DNA of 27,717 nt, taken from the NCBI GenBank assembly GCA_964014485.1, contig CAXHAT010000096.1, positions 1-27,717 on the forward strand. The letters run 5' to 3'. This DNA is from an uncultured Deferribacteres bacterium. GTDB taxonomy: Bacteria > Zhuqueibacterota > Zhuqueibacteria > Zhuqueibacterales > Geothermadaptataceae. Position numbers and translations under genes: made by a program. This document shows, one piece after another, positions 16,735 to 25,586 of this stretch (the first letter of the stretch is position 1; the number at the start of each line of letters is the position of its first letter). The notes under the pieces were generated by a model. The model was not told where the DNA came from and did no database searches. It saw nothing but the letters and a program-made list of their open reading frames with translations.

Positions 16735-17579
16735 TTTTCATCAAAACGCTCCGGGAATCGGCGTTTGAACTTTTCCCACGTCTTTGAATCGCGCGGGAGA
16801 TTGTGCTTGTCCGCCCAGCGCCAGAACGGATCGTAGAGCGGCGTGGCGTGGCGCACTTCTTCGCGAAATATTTCCGCGCTCAAGAGGCCGTTTTCGAGGA
16901 AACCGCTGTCCGTGTAGCTGTCGATGGTCGCAGCACGATCATATTCGAGCTTTCGAAATTCGAAACGCCAATCTCCGGCTTCCAAAGTCAGAATCAGGTA
17001 CTGCGCGCGAGGATCACTGTTAAACGGCGCACCGACGGCCCCGGTATTGACAAAGCGTTTTCCATGAAAACGGTCTTCCCATGTGCGGTGCGTGTGAGAG
17101 CCGATAAAAACGTCTGCGTCGTACTCAGCGGTCAACTCGGAAAAAACTTCTTCTTTGGTAAAAGCGCCGTAGCCTTCGCGGTAATGCCGAGGGCTGCCGT
17201 GAGAAACTAGCAAGGACGGCGCGCCAGGGACTTCTATTTTTTGAAACATCGGCATTTGGCGGATTGCTTCGAGCCAGCCGTTTTTTTCAAGCGATTTCGC
17301 TGCAATTTCCGTAGCGCGCCAGAACGGGTCGCCGAACCAATGCTGCGGGATTTTGTCGCTTTTTTCCACCCACAAGCGCATCAAATCGTCGTGGTTTCCA
17401 AGCGTATAGTCGAAATCGTGTTCCCACAAACGCTCCATCACTTCCACGCTGTGCGGCCCGCGATTCACCATGTCGCCGTTAACCACAACCTTGTCAAAGC
17501 TTGATTTCGCAAGGTCGTGAAGAACTGCTTCAAGCGCAGAAATGTTGCCGTGAATATCGGCAATGATCGCCAATCTCAT
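16731..17579 (-). CDS. Calcineurin-like metallophosphoesterase
   Basis: ADIHGN, GDMVNRG, GNHD, HGSP, SHTH, NTGAVG. Confidence 0.92.
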   Translation of the reverse strand: MRLAIIADIHGNISALEAVLHDLAKSSFDKVVVNGDMVNRGPHSVEVMERLWEHDFDYTLGNHDDLMRLWVEKSDKIPQHWFGDPFWRATEIAAKSLEKNGWLEAIRQMPMFQKIEVPGAPSLLVSHGSPRHYREGYGAFTKEEVFSELTAEYDADVFIGSHTHRTWEDRFHGKRFVNTGAVGAPFNSDPRAQYLILTLEAGDWRFEFRKLEYDRAATIDSYTDSGFLENGLLSAEIFREEVRHATPLYDPFWRWADKHNLPRDSKTWEKFKRRFPERFDEK

Positions 17580-17582
17580 GCA

Positions 17583-18077
17583 CTAGCCGGAATGATGGGA
17601 ATTTTGAAGCTGAAAACCGTCAGCGGCGAAAAACAGGGAAATGGCGTAGATGGCCGTCATGAGAAAAATAGCGCCATAGAAGATGAGAAGTGTTTTCGAA
17701 AGCATGATTTTCCATTCGGAAGCGACGGCGTTTTTATCGGCTTGGGCGCCGCTGTTTTTCATGAATTGGCGGGGATCCATGTTTAGCGCTTCAGGGACGG
17801 ATTCGGGCTGGTCGCGAATAATCGTCTCATAAATTTTTCGATAAACACGCTCAAGGCGCAGGAAATAAGCGTCCAAATACCAGAAGACAAACAGGGGAAT
17901 AAACGCGATAAAAACCTGAGCGCCGCCGCCGCGCAACAATAAAGTCGCCGCGACCAAAGTGACCGTCCAGGTTTTGATATGAAAAGAATTTTGCGCCATG
18001 CGGCGGATGACGTCTTGCGTAATGTCGATCGCCTTGAACAAAATGTCGCGTTTGGGTTGTTGTTGAGGGTCGTCCAT
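17583..18077 (-). CDS. Small hypothetical membrane protein (about 3 TM)
   Basis: QDVIRRMAQNSFHIKTWTVTL...FWYLDAYFLRLERVYRKIYE. GGAG RBS. Ends 3 nt before the next start codon. Confidence 0.75.
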   Translation of the reverse strand: MDDPQQQPKRDILFKAIDITQDVIRRMAQNSFHIKTWTVTLVAATLLLRGGGAQVFIAFIPLFVFWYLDAYFLRLERVYRKIYETIIRDQPESVPEALNMDPRQFMKNSGAQADKNAVASEWKIMLSKTLLIFYGAIFLMTAIYAISLFFAADGFQLQNSHHSG

Positions 18078-18206
18078 GCAAGCTCCTGCAGAACTTTTCA
18101 GTTCATTTTGTTAGGGTCATGAAGCTGATTGTAAAAGTCTTTTAGAACCTCATGTTATGCACTTTCGGAAAATTTCCAAATAGCATCTGAGAAACGTTAC
18201 TTTTGC

Positions 18207-18232
18207 GTCATTCCCGCGCAGGCGGGAATGAC
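18207..18232. repeat. dRS3-like palindrome GTCATTCCCGC-GCAG-GCGGGAATGAC
   Basis: Perfect 11-bp arms. Contains ATTCCC-N8-GGGAAT. Confidence 0.75.
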
Positions 18233-18265
18233 TTTAACCAGAGTTTCTACGGGCGTCACGGCTAT

Positions 18266-18281
18266 CGCGTAACGTCAGTTA
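18266..18281. repeat. 16-bp sequence CGCGTAACGTCAGTTA, copy 2
   Basis: Identical to 72-87. Confidence 0.7.
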
Positions 18282-18322
18282 AGACAATGCCAGGCGCTAT
18301 TTTGCGGAAATGAGATGCGAGC

Positions 18323-19777
18323 TTAAAACCCGCGTTTATAACGCGCCGTTTCGTAAACTTCCATGTATTTCTGCGCTGAATGGCCCCAGGAAAAATCTTC
18401 TTTCATGCCGCGTTCGATCATCTTCATGCGAATGTCTTTGTCATGCCAAAGCTCCAGCGCGCGCAAGATAGTCACCTGCAAGGCGTAGGGGGTAAAATCT
18501 TCGAAGGAAACGCCGTTGCCCAGCGTGTTGTGCTCGTGATAATCCCGTACCGTGTCAGCAAGGCCGCCGGTTTTGCGCACAATTGGAATCGTGCCGTAGT
18601 TCAGGCTGTACATTTGGTTAAGGCCGCACGGCTCGTATTGAGAAGGCATCAAAAACATGTCGGAGCCCGCTTCAATCAGATGCGCCAGTTCATTGTTGAA
18701 GCCAATGTACGCCGAAACCTTGTCCGGGTAAGCGTCGGTCGCCCAACGGAAGAAATCCTCGTACTTGGCTTCGCCCGATCCCAAAAGGACAAACTGAACC
18801 GGACGCTGCACCAAGTCCGCCAGAATCGGCTGCAACAGTTCGATCCCTTTTTGTATGGCAAGGCGCGTGATAATGCCGATCACCGGCGTGTTTTCATCAT
18901 ACGGCAATCCGACCGTCTCAAGCAACGCTTTTTTGTTGACCGCCTTATCTTCGATAGTCTCAAAAGTATAGTTCTTTTTGATCAGCTTGTCGAGCCGCGG
19001 ATTCCAGATTTCGTCGTCAATGCCGTTCAGAATGCCCGCGAGGTCATGGCTGCGCGTGCGCAAGACGCCGTCCAGATCAGATCCGAACTCAGGGGTTTGA
19101 ATCTCGTGAGCATACGTGTCGCTGACGGTGGTCACCATGTCCGCGAAAACAATCCCGGCCTTTAGCGTGCTAAATGAGTTATGAAATTCAAAGGGGCCGG
19201 TTGGCGTGTAATGGTCATATTTTAGCCCCGCGTTGTAGATCGATTTTTCGGAAAATCTGCCTTGATAGCCGATGTTATGAATCGAAATGACGCTTGCGGT
19301 ACGATTGAATAAACCGTCCCAATGGTATTTTTCCTTCAAATAAACCGGCAAAAGCGCGGTTTGCCAATCGTTGCAATGCATTATATCCGGAGCCCAGCCG
19401 TATCGTTGAAGCACCGCAACCACAGCGTCCTGAAATAGGAAAAAACGCTCATCTTCATCGGGGTCGTCGGTGTAAATTTTGTCGCGATGAAAGTAGTGCG
19501 GGCAATCGATAAAATGATACTCAACCCCGGAATCATCATTCTTGTACCAAGTATAAAAAGTCAGGTAACGGTCCCCAATGCGAACTTGAATATCTCGAAT
19601 GTCTTCAGAAAAACTGAGTCCATGATCAATCGTGTTAATAGAACCATACAAGGGCAGAAAAACTTTGACTTCATTTCCGGCTTTCGCCAGGGCTTTTGGC
19701 AAAGCGCCGCTAACGTCCGCCAAGCCGCCGGTTTTTACAAACGGAACGCATTCGCTGGTGGCAAAGCAAATTCGCAT
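18323..19777 (-). CDS. glgA: Glycogen synthase (GT5)
   Basis: PFVKTGGLADV, HCNDWQT, IHNIGYQG, GILNGID, MPSQYEPCGLNQMY, KTGGLADTV. AGGAG RBS. Confidence 0.97.
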   Translation of the reverse strand: MRICFATSECVPFVKTGGLADVSGALPKALAKAGNEVKVFLPLYGSINTIDHGLSFSEDIRDIQVRIGDRYLTFYTWYKNDDSGVEYHFIDCPHYFHRDKIYTDDPDEDERFFLFQDAVVAVLQRYGWAPDIMHCNDWQTALLPVYLKEKYHWDGLFNRTASVISIHNIGYQGRFSEKSIYNAGLKYDHYTPTGPFEFHNSFSTLKAGIVFADMVTTVSDTYAHEIQTPEFGSDLDGVLRTRSHDLAGILNGIDDEIWNPRLDKLIKKNYTFETIEDKAVNKKALLETVGLPYDENTPVIGIITRLAIQKGIELLQPILADLVQRPVQFVLLGSGEAKYEDFFRWATDAYPDKVSAYIGFNNELAHLIEAGSDMFLMPSQYEPCGLNQMYSLNYGTIPIVRKTGGLADTVRDYHEHNTLGNGVSFEDFTPYALQVTILRALELWHDKDIRMKMIERGMKEDFSWGHSAQKYMEVYETARYKRGF

Positions 19778-20054
19778 CTAAAGGCGTCTCCTGAATATGA
19801 ATTTGGGTATGATGAACGTGCCGAGTCTCATTCTTGCGCAGGAACAGATTTCTTGCTCGTTGTTTTGACGAATTGATTCTCAACGTGCAAGTCATAATGA
19901 ACGGAAGCGCCGGAACAGCGAAAGCATGATCGCAGAAAGTTGTCGGCTTTGCGTCTCTTCGAAAAACGACTACAAACGGTCTGTAAAAAGCGCCTTTGAA
20001 CCCAGCCGAAATTGCGCCATTTTGTAAGAAAAAAAATTAAAGAATTCGATCTGC

Positions 20055-20774
20055 ATGCTCGATCTATCCATCATCATCCCCGCCTTTGAAGAAAGCGCAA
20101 AAATCTCGGCGGACATTGCCGCAGCGGCGGAGTTTCTGAATTCGGCGGGCTTGTCAGGCGAAATCATCATCGTCGACGACGGCAGCGAAGACGCCACCGC
20201 GGAAATTGCGCGCGGCGTCGCGGTCAACGGCAAAGTTGAAGTCGTGGTGATCCGCAATGAATTGCATCGCGGCAAAGGCTTCGGGGTCAGAACCGGCATG
20301 AAAGCGTCTCGAGGGCGCTACGCTATGTTCGCGGACAGCGGCGTCAATATTCCTTACAAATTTGCTTTGGTCGGCGTCGATAAAATCGAAAACAATCTTT
20401 GCGATATTGCGCACGGCTCGCGAAAGCTTAAACAGAGCACAATCTTGCTCGCGCAACCATTGCACCGGCGGTTTATTTCAAAAGTGTTTCGCTGGTTTAT
20501 GCTCGCAATGGCCGGCGTTCCCCGAAGACTTTCAGACACACAGTGTGGCTTCAAAATTTACAAAGGCGACATTGCGCGCGAGCTTTACGCCGCATGCGAG
20601 ACCGACGGGTTTCTTTTTGATATTGAGATCATTATGCTTGCGCTCAAGAAAAACTATCGCATTGAAGAATTCCCCGTGGAATGGACATGCGACCTGGACA
20701 GCCGCCTTTCCGTCACGCGCAGCCCGCTGCCGATTTTGCAAGAACTGTTTCAGCTAAGAAAACGGCTGCGATGA
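20055..20774 (+). CDS. GT2 glycosyltransferase, polyprenyl/dolichyl-phosphate glucosyltransferase-like
   Basis: LSIIIPAFEE, IVDDGSED, GKGFGVRTG, GSR, DTQCGFK, FLFDIE, EFPVEW. Confidence 0.9.
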   Translation: MLDLSIIIPAFEESAKISADIAAAAEFLNSAGLSGEIIIVDDGSEDATAEIARGVAVNGKVEVVVIRNELHRGKGFGVRTGMKASRGRYAMFADSGVNIPYKFALVGVDKIENNLCDIAHGSRKLKQSTILLAQPLHRRFISKVFRWFMLAMAGVPRRLSDTQCGFKIYKGDIARELYAACETDGFLFDIEIIMLALKKNYRIEEFPVEWTCDLDSRLSVTRSPLPILQELFQLRKRLR

Positions 20775-20818
20775 TTCAAAACGGCGAATTCAACCAACAC
20801 GCCGCCGCGTCCTGACGA

Positions 20819-21346
20819 CTACTCGTGAGCCAACCCCAATCGTTGCAAAACTTTCGGAAGCGCAATCCTCAACCAAACGGAATACTTTTCCGGAGCGCTT
20901 TTGAGATCGTTCTGAATCGCATCCACTTCCGCCCAGGAATAATCCATCGCTTCTTCCGGGAGCGGTTCAACGGTTCCGTCGTACCGCCCGACGAACACAT
21001 GATCATACTCGTGCTCCACCAAGCCGTTTTCGAACGCTGCGCGGTAGATAAAACCAAAGGCTTCTTTTATTTCGCACCGAATCCCCATTTCTTCCTGCAA
21101 GCGTCTTCGCGCCGCATTTTCGGTCGTTTCGCCAGGGCGGGGATGACTACAGCAAGCGTTCGTCCATAAGCCGCCGGAGTGGTATTTTTCCAAAGCGCGC
21201 CTTTGCAGCAACATTTCGTTTTTCGAATTGAATAAAAATACGGAAAACGCGCGGTGCAGCTTGCCCGCGACATGCGCTTGCATTTTTTCCTCAACCCCAA
21301 TCTCATGATCCTGCTCGTCGACGAGAATAACAAATTCTTTAGACAT
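20819..21346 (-). CDS. idi: Type 1 isopentenyl-diphosphate delta-isomerase
   Basis: LHRAFSVFLF, GLWTNACCSHP, RRLQEEMG, EHEYDHVF. Confidence 0.96.
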   Translation of the reverse strand: MSKEFVILVDEQDHEIGVEEKMQAHVAGKLHRAFSVFLFNSKNEMLLQRRALEKYHSGGLWTNACCSHPRPGETTENAARRRLQEEMGIRCEIKEAFGFIYRAAFENGLVEHEYDHVFVGRYDGTVEPLPEEAMDYSWAEVDAIQNDLKSAPEKYSVWLRIALPKVLQRLGLAHE

Positions 21347-21366
21347 GTCTTACTAAAGCTTTAGGC

Positions 21367-21544
21367 TTTTTGACTGGATTTACGGGATCAACCGGATTTT
21401 TTGACGATGCTGTTCAATACAAAATTTTCCTGAATGACAGACAAAAAATAGCCGCGAAAGCAAAGAAGCTGCCGCAGCTTCTTTCTCTTTTATCTTTTCC
21501 TCGAGAAAGAAAACATCTCGAGAATTCTGTTATCCAGTCAAAAA
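21367..21544. repeat. 178-bp element bounded by 13-bp perfect inverted repeats, with degenerate 9-mer tandem units
   Basis: TTTTTGACTGGAT (21367-21379) and ATCCAGTCAAAAA (21532-21544). Left units ACTGGATTT, ACGGGATCA, ACCGGATTT. Confidence 0.65.
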
Positions 21545-21553
21545 TTCCGTTCT

Positions 21554-22234
21554 TTATTTCTTTTTCAAAAAATTTTCATAAAGCGTCACGTTCATCAATT
21601 GCAAAAGCAAACTGTAGATGAAATCTTCAACAGGAATTGTGAAAATGCGCAATCCCAAATTTTCGCTATTGCTGTACCAAACCACTTGCTCTTCGATGAA
21701 AGAACCGGTCAATATGCCGTTTACTATAAAAAAGGGAATTAAAATAGCCAAATACGCCAGATAAAATCGCCCCAAAAAATTTGATTTGAAAAGATATAGT
21801 TGCAGGATTAAAAAAACACTCGTCGCCAGAAACGTCGTCGCGGTGTAAGCGCGATTGAGATTGAATAAAGCAATGACCGCCAGAGCAAAAATGAGCGCCC
21901 AAGTGATCGTTCTCGTATATTTCGCCAGCAGGTCTTTTTCAGTGAGCTTACTCAATGAGGCGTAGGTGAAAACGCAAGCATATGGAATGCAAATAAAGAA
22001 CAGCCACTCTTCAACGGGCAGGTTCAACAAATCAACGCCGAGCAAATAACGCGGATTAAATCCCCACACGCCCCATTCCGTGAACAAAATGTCCCAGGCT
22101 ATGAACAGCACGCCGGTGATCAAAATTGCCGGCCAGAGTGCAAACCAGGTTTTGTGAAATTGCAGTCGCGGATGGAAGGAGTAGATGAACGGAATCGAGA
22201 TCGAGGCCAGATTGATCAGCAAATAGGTGGTCAT
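21554..22234 (-). CDS. Membrane lycopene cyclase, fused two-domain CrtYc/d type
   Basis: Two repeats: FIAWDILF...VWGFNP...LPVEEWLFF and VNGILTG...VWYS...IPVEDFIY. Sits in the crt cluster with an ATGA overlap to crtZ. Confidence 0.9.
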   Translation of the reverse strand: MTTYLLINLASISIPFIYSFHPRLQFHKTWFALWPAILITGVLFIAWDILFTEWGVWGFNPRYLLGVDLLNLPVEEWLFFICIPYACVFTYASLSKLTEKDLLAKYTRTITWALIFALAVIALFNLNRAYTATTFLATSVFLILQLYLFKSNFLGRFYLAYLAILIPFFIVNGILTGSFIEEQVVWYSNSENLGLRIFTIPVEDFIYSLLLQLMNVTLYENFLKKK

Positions 22235-22716
22235 GCGCGCGCCCGACGCTCGCGTTGCTTCGCTTTCGCTTCGATGAAATATTTACGCGGCGGCCAGAGC
22301 ATGCCGAAACATTCGCCGTCTTCCTTGCCGAGATGTTTGTGGTGAATCTTGTGCGCCTTGCGCAGCGCGCTGAAATACACATTGTTCGTGCGCGTCAAAA
22401 CTTTGATGCGCTGATGAATGAAAATGTCGTGGATGAAAACGTAGGCCATGCCGTAGAGCGTAATTCCGGCGCCGATCCACCCGAAGGGGCTCAACATGCC
22501 GTAAATTGCGCCGAAGTAAATCAACAGCATTCCTGGAATCGCGAAAATGAGAAAAAAGACGTCGTTGCGCTCAAGAAAATGGGTGTGGTCGCGTTTGTGA
22601 TGATCGCGATGCAGGCCCCAAAGAAAGCCGTGCATGACGTATTTGTGCGTAAACCAGGCGACGAATTCCATAGCCGCGAAGGCGACGAGCAGAATGAAAA
22701 TATTGAGTAAAATCAT
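22231..22716 (-). CDS. crtZ: Beta-carotene hydroxylase
   Basis: MEFVAWFTHKYVMHGFLWGLHRDHH, ERND, HDIFIHQR, AHKIHH, GECFGML. Likely start at ATG 22716. Confidence 0.93.
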   Translation of the reverse strand: MILLNIFILLVAFAAMEFVAWFTHKYVMHGFLWGLHRDHHKRDHTHFLERNDVFFLIFAIPGMLLIYFGAIYGMLSPFGWIGAGITLYGMAYVFIHDIFIHQRIKVLTRTNNVYFSALRKAHKIHHKHLGKEDGECFGMLWPPRKYFIEAKAKQRERRARA

Positions 22717-22771
22717 TTGAAAACTCTTTTGTTCTTTACGAATGACAGGCGGGCGGCTTTTCAAAAATAGA

Positions 22772-23608
22772 TTACAAAACCCCAAAACCATACCGAACAT
22801 ACGTATGTATCAACAGCCAAAATTTTTGCAGGCCCGGCAAGCGCAGGCGTTTTTTGAGCAAATGTTCACCCGGCGTTGATTCGATTTTTTGCAGCAGAGC
22901 GCGGTAATAAACATAAGCGACATAGACGCCAAAACGTGCACCGCGCGGCAGGCGTTTTATGCCTTCAAGCGCTTGGCGAAAGTCCTCGCGGATATCCGAT
23001 TCAATCCTGCTTTTTGTTTCTTCGTCAAATTCGTGCATGCTGAGATTGGGAAAGTAGGTGCGCTGCAAATCATAATAATCCTGATGCAAGTCGCGCAAAA
23101 AGTTTACTTTTTGGAAGGCTGAGCCGAGCTTCATCGCCGACGCCTTCAAAGCCTGGTACCGGGCTTCGTCGCCTTCGCAAAAGACGCGCAGGCACATCAG
23201 CCCGACAACCTCGGCGGAACCTAAAATGTAATCTTTAAACGAATCACGATCATGGTGCGACTGATCCAAATCCATCTCCATGCTGTGCAAAAAGGTCTCG
23301 ATCAACTCGTCTTCAATTCCATACTGATTGACGGTTTTTTGAAAGCTCTGGAGAACAGGGTTCAAGCTTACTCCGTCTGAAATTGCCCGAAACGTGTCTT
23401 CGCGGAATTTTTCAAGCAAGTCTCGTTTCTCAAAATCGTGGAAGGAATCGACGATTTCATCGGCAAAACGCACGAAACCGTAAATGGCGTAAATTGCTTC
23501 GTGCAGCGAACGATGCAGAAAGAAAATGCCCAGCGAAAAGCTCGTGCTGTATTGTCGCGTAACGATTTTGCTGCATTGAGCAGCGGTAGAATCGAATATT
23601 GCAAACAT
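22772..23608 (-). CDS. crtB: Phytoene synthase
   Basis: YSTSFSLG, IYGFVRFADEIVD, SMEMDL, SAEVVGLMC, AFQKVNFLRD. Confidence 0.95.
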   Translation of the reverse strand: MFAIFDSTAAQCSKIVTRQYSTSFSLGIFFLHRSLHEAIYAIYGFVRFADEIVDSFHDFEKRDLLEKFREDTFRAISDGVSLNPVLQSFQKTVNQYGIEDELIETFLHSMEMDLDQSHHDRDSFKDYILGSAEVVGLMCLRVFCEGDEARYQALKASAMKLGSAFQKVNFLRDLHQDYYDLQRTYFPNLSMHEFDEETKSRIESDIREDFRQALEGIKRLPRGARFGVYVAYVYYRALLQKIESTPGEHLLKKRLRLPGLQKFWLLIHTYVRYGFGVL

Positions 23609-23730
23609 TCTTTTTCACCATCTATGGCGATTCTCAAAAACAGCGTTTACACGCCCGCTTGTTCACGGTGAGACCGGAAAGGAGTGGGGTTGTCTCAAAG
23701 CATGGTTTCCGAATGAGAGGCATACCGCAT

Positions 23731-23758
23731 GTAGGGGTTCAAAATCTTGAACCCCTAC
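23731..23758. repeat. GTAG-type REP palindrome GTAGGGGTTCAA-AATC-TTGAACCCCTAC
   Basis: Perfect 12-bp arms starting with the GTAG tetranucleotide, between crtI and crtB. Confidence 0.75.
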
Positions 23759-23808
23759 GACATGTTGTGTGATGCTAGAAAAGTATTATGTTTTTGGACA
23801 GCCCCTTT

Positions 23809-25395
23809 TCAGCCGCAGGCTTTTTCCTGATCGTGCGCTTCAGGCCGGCCTTTGTTGAAACTATCAGTTTTCGTTATGTTGAGCGAGGTGAGAGACAAAG
23901 CAAGCTTTGCACTCCTTTTTGTTCCAGACTTCAAATATTTGTCAAGCTCGCGCGCGGCAATTTGGCCTGAAATCAAGCTTGGCGGCACGCCCGGCCCCGG
24001 CACGGTCAATTGTCCGGCAAAAAAGAGGTTCTCCACTTTTTTGCTTCGCAAAGAAGGCTTAAAGATTGCCGTCTGGCGAAGCGTGTTCGCCAAGCCGTAT
24101 GCGTTGCCGCGAAAGGCGTTGTAATCGTTTTCGAAATCGTTTATGCAATAGCTGCGTTTGAAAATGACATGCGACGCAATCTCTTTTCCGACCAAGGCTT
24201 CTAATCTTCCGATGACTATTTTAAAGTACTTTTCGCGCATTTCTTCAACGTCCTTGAGTCCGGGGGCCAGCGGGATCAAAACAAACAGATTCTCGCAGCC
24301 GTCTGGTGCAACGGAGTCATCGGTTTTTGACGGACAGCAAACGTAAAACAACGGTTTGCTCGGCCATTGTTGATTGTGGTAAATCTCATCGGCGTGAACA
24401 TCTAAATCTTCATCGAAGAACAGATTGTGATGCTGCAAACCGTCAATTTTTTTGTTCAAACCCAGGTAAAAAATCAAACTTGACGGCGCCATCACGCGCG
24501 ATTGCCAGTAAGCGTTATCGTAGCTGCGATCTTTCGGCAGCAACAGGTTTTGTTCAACATGGTGATAATCCGCCGCTGCGACAACGGCGTCCGCGGAATA
24601 GTACCCCGAATCTGTGTACACGCCGCAGGCCTTTCCGTAGCGCACGGCGATGTTCCGCACTGCGTCGCTGGGGACGAATTCCACACCCATCGACTCGGCA
24701 AGTGCGACCATCCCGGCAATAATTTCATACATTCCGCCCATTGGGTACCAGGTGCCAAGGCGCAGCCCGGCGTAATTCATCAGGCTGTACAACGCGGGAG
24801 TGTTTTTCGGCGCGCCGCCCAGAAAAAGCACGGGGAATTCCATCAGTCGAACCAGACGCGGGTCTTGAAAATGTTTGCGAACGTAGCTGTGAAAAGATTG
24901 AAAGACGTGCATTTTCAGTGCGCCTTTTAAAAAATCTCGGTCGGCGAATTCTGTCAGTGAAAGCCCCGGCTTATGGACCAGTCGCTCCATCCCGATTTTG
25001 TATTTGTAAGCCGCTTCCGCAAGAAAGGCGTCGAGCTTCTTGCCGGCGCCGTTTTCGATAGATTCGAAAAGATTTCGCAGCTCTTTACCGTTTTCCGGAA
25101 TTTGCAACACGTCGTTTTTGCCGTAAAAAATTTGAAACGCGGGATCGAGCAGTCGCAAGTCGTAAAAGTCCGACACGCGACGGCCAAACTGTTGAAAAAA
25201 ATGCTCAAACACTTCCGGCATCCAGTACCAGCTTGGCCCCATGTCGAACATGAAGCCTTCTGATTCGAAGTTGCGCGCCCTGCCGCCAAACGTGTCGTTT
25301 TTTTCGATCACGGACACGGCATATCCTGCTTTTGCCAGTGTTGTGGCGGCGGCAAGTCCGGCAAAGCCGGAACCTATAACGATAACTTTTTTCAT
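23809..25395 (-). CDS. crtI: Phytoene desaturase (CrtI family)
   Basis: VIGSGFAGL FAD-binding motif, GGRA, FDMGPSWYWMP, WYPMGGM, GNAYGLANTL, AGQLTVPGPGVPPSLISG. Confidence 0.93.
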   Translation of the reverse strand: MKKVIVIGSGFAGLAAATTLAKAGYAVSVIEKNDTFGGRARNFESEGFMFDMGPSWYWMPEVFEHFFQQFGRRVSDFYDLRLLDPAFQIFYGKNDVLQIPENGKELRNLFESIENGAGKKLDAFLAEAAYKYKIGMERLVHKPGLSLTEFADRDFLKGALKMHVFQSFHSYVRKHFQDPRLVRLMEFPVLFLGGAPKNTPALYSLMNYAGLRLGTWYPMGGMYEIIAGMVALAESMGVEFVPSDAVRNIAVRYGKACGVYTDSGYYSADAVVAAADYHHVEQNLLLPKDRSYDNAYWQSRVMAPSSLIFYLGLNKKIDGLQHHNLFFDEDLDVHADEIYHNQQWPSKPLFYVCCPSKTDDSVAPDGCENLFVLIPLAPGLKDVEEMREKYFKIVIGRLEALVGKEIASHVIFKRSYCINDFENDYNAFRGNAYGLANTLRQTAIFKPSLRSKKVENLFFAGQLTVPGPGVPPSLISGQIAARELDKYLKSGTKRSAKLALSLTSLNITKTDSFNKGRPEAHDQEKACG

Positions 25396-25418
25396 TGTAG
25401 AGTCGGCGATAAGATTTT

Positions 25419-25496
25419 ATTAGCCCCGTGCTTCAGCACGGGGGAAGAAAAGGAATGATCGTCTTTTTGAACCCCGCGCTCAAGCGCAGGGCTAAT
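25419..25496. repeat. Inverted REP doublet (REPIN-like), ATTAGC family
   Basis: ATTAGCCCCGTGCTTCAGCACGGGG (from 25419) and, on the reverse strand, ATTAGCCCTGCGCTTGAGCGCGGGG (25496-25472). Confidence 0.78.
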
Positions 25497-25522
25497 GATA
25501 TCGACACTGCCAGGCTTGACAA
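25495..25522 (-). promoter_or_regulatory. Possible sigma-70-like promoter for crtI
   Basis: Minus strand TTGTCA, 16-nt spacer, TATCAT. Confidence 0.35.
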
Positions 25523-25586
25523 CGTCACGTAAAAAAGCGGACGGCGCGGCGTTCTTTTGCAAGAATTTATGCGACCGTCCGCAGCT

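Noticed and set aside
18291..18305. Sigma-54 promoter-like AGGCGCTATTTTGC
   Set aside because: GG-to-GC spacing is 9 nt, not the required 10, and no plus-strand gene follows.
18380..19165. 261-aa plus-strand ORF
   Set aside because: Antisense shadow of glgA with no independent evidence.
20055..20774. GT2 as a carotenoid glycosyltransferase
   Set aside because: It is convergent to the crt genes, and its motifs (DTQCGFK, FDIE) match polyprenyl-phosphate glycosyltransferases, not CrtX (GT1).
21370..21621. 83-aa plus-strand ORF
   Set aside because: Starts within the 9-mer repeat element and runs antisense into the cyclase gene; no RBS.
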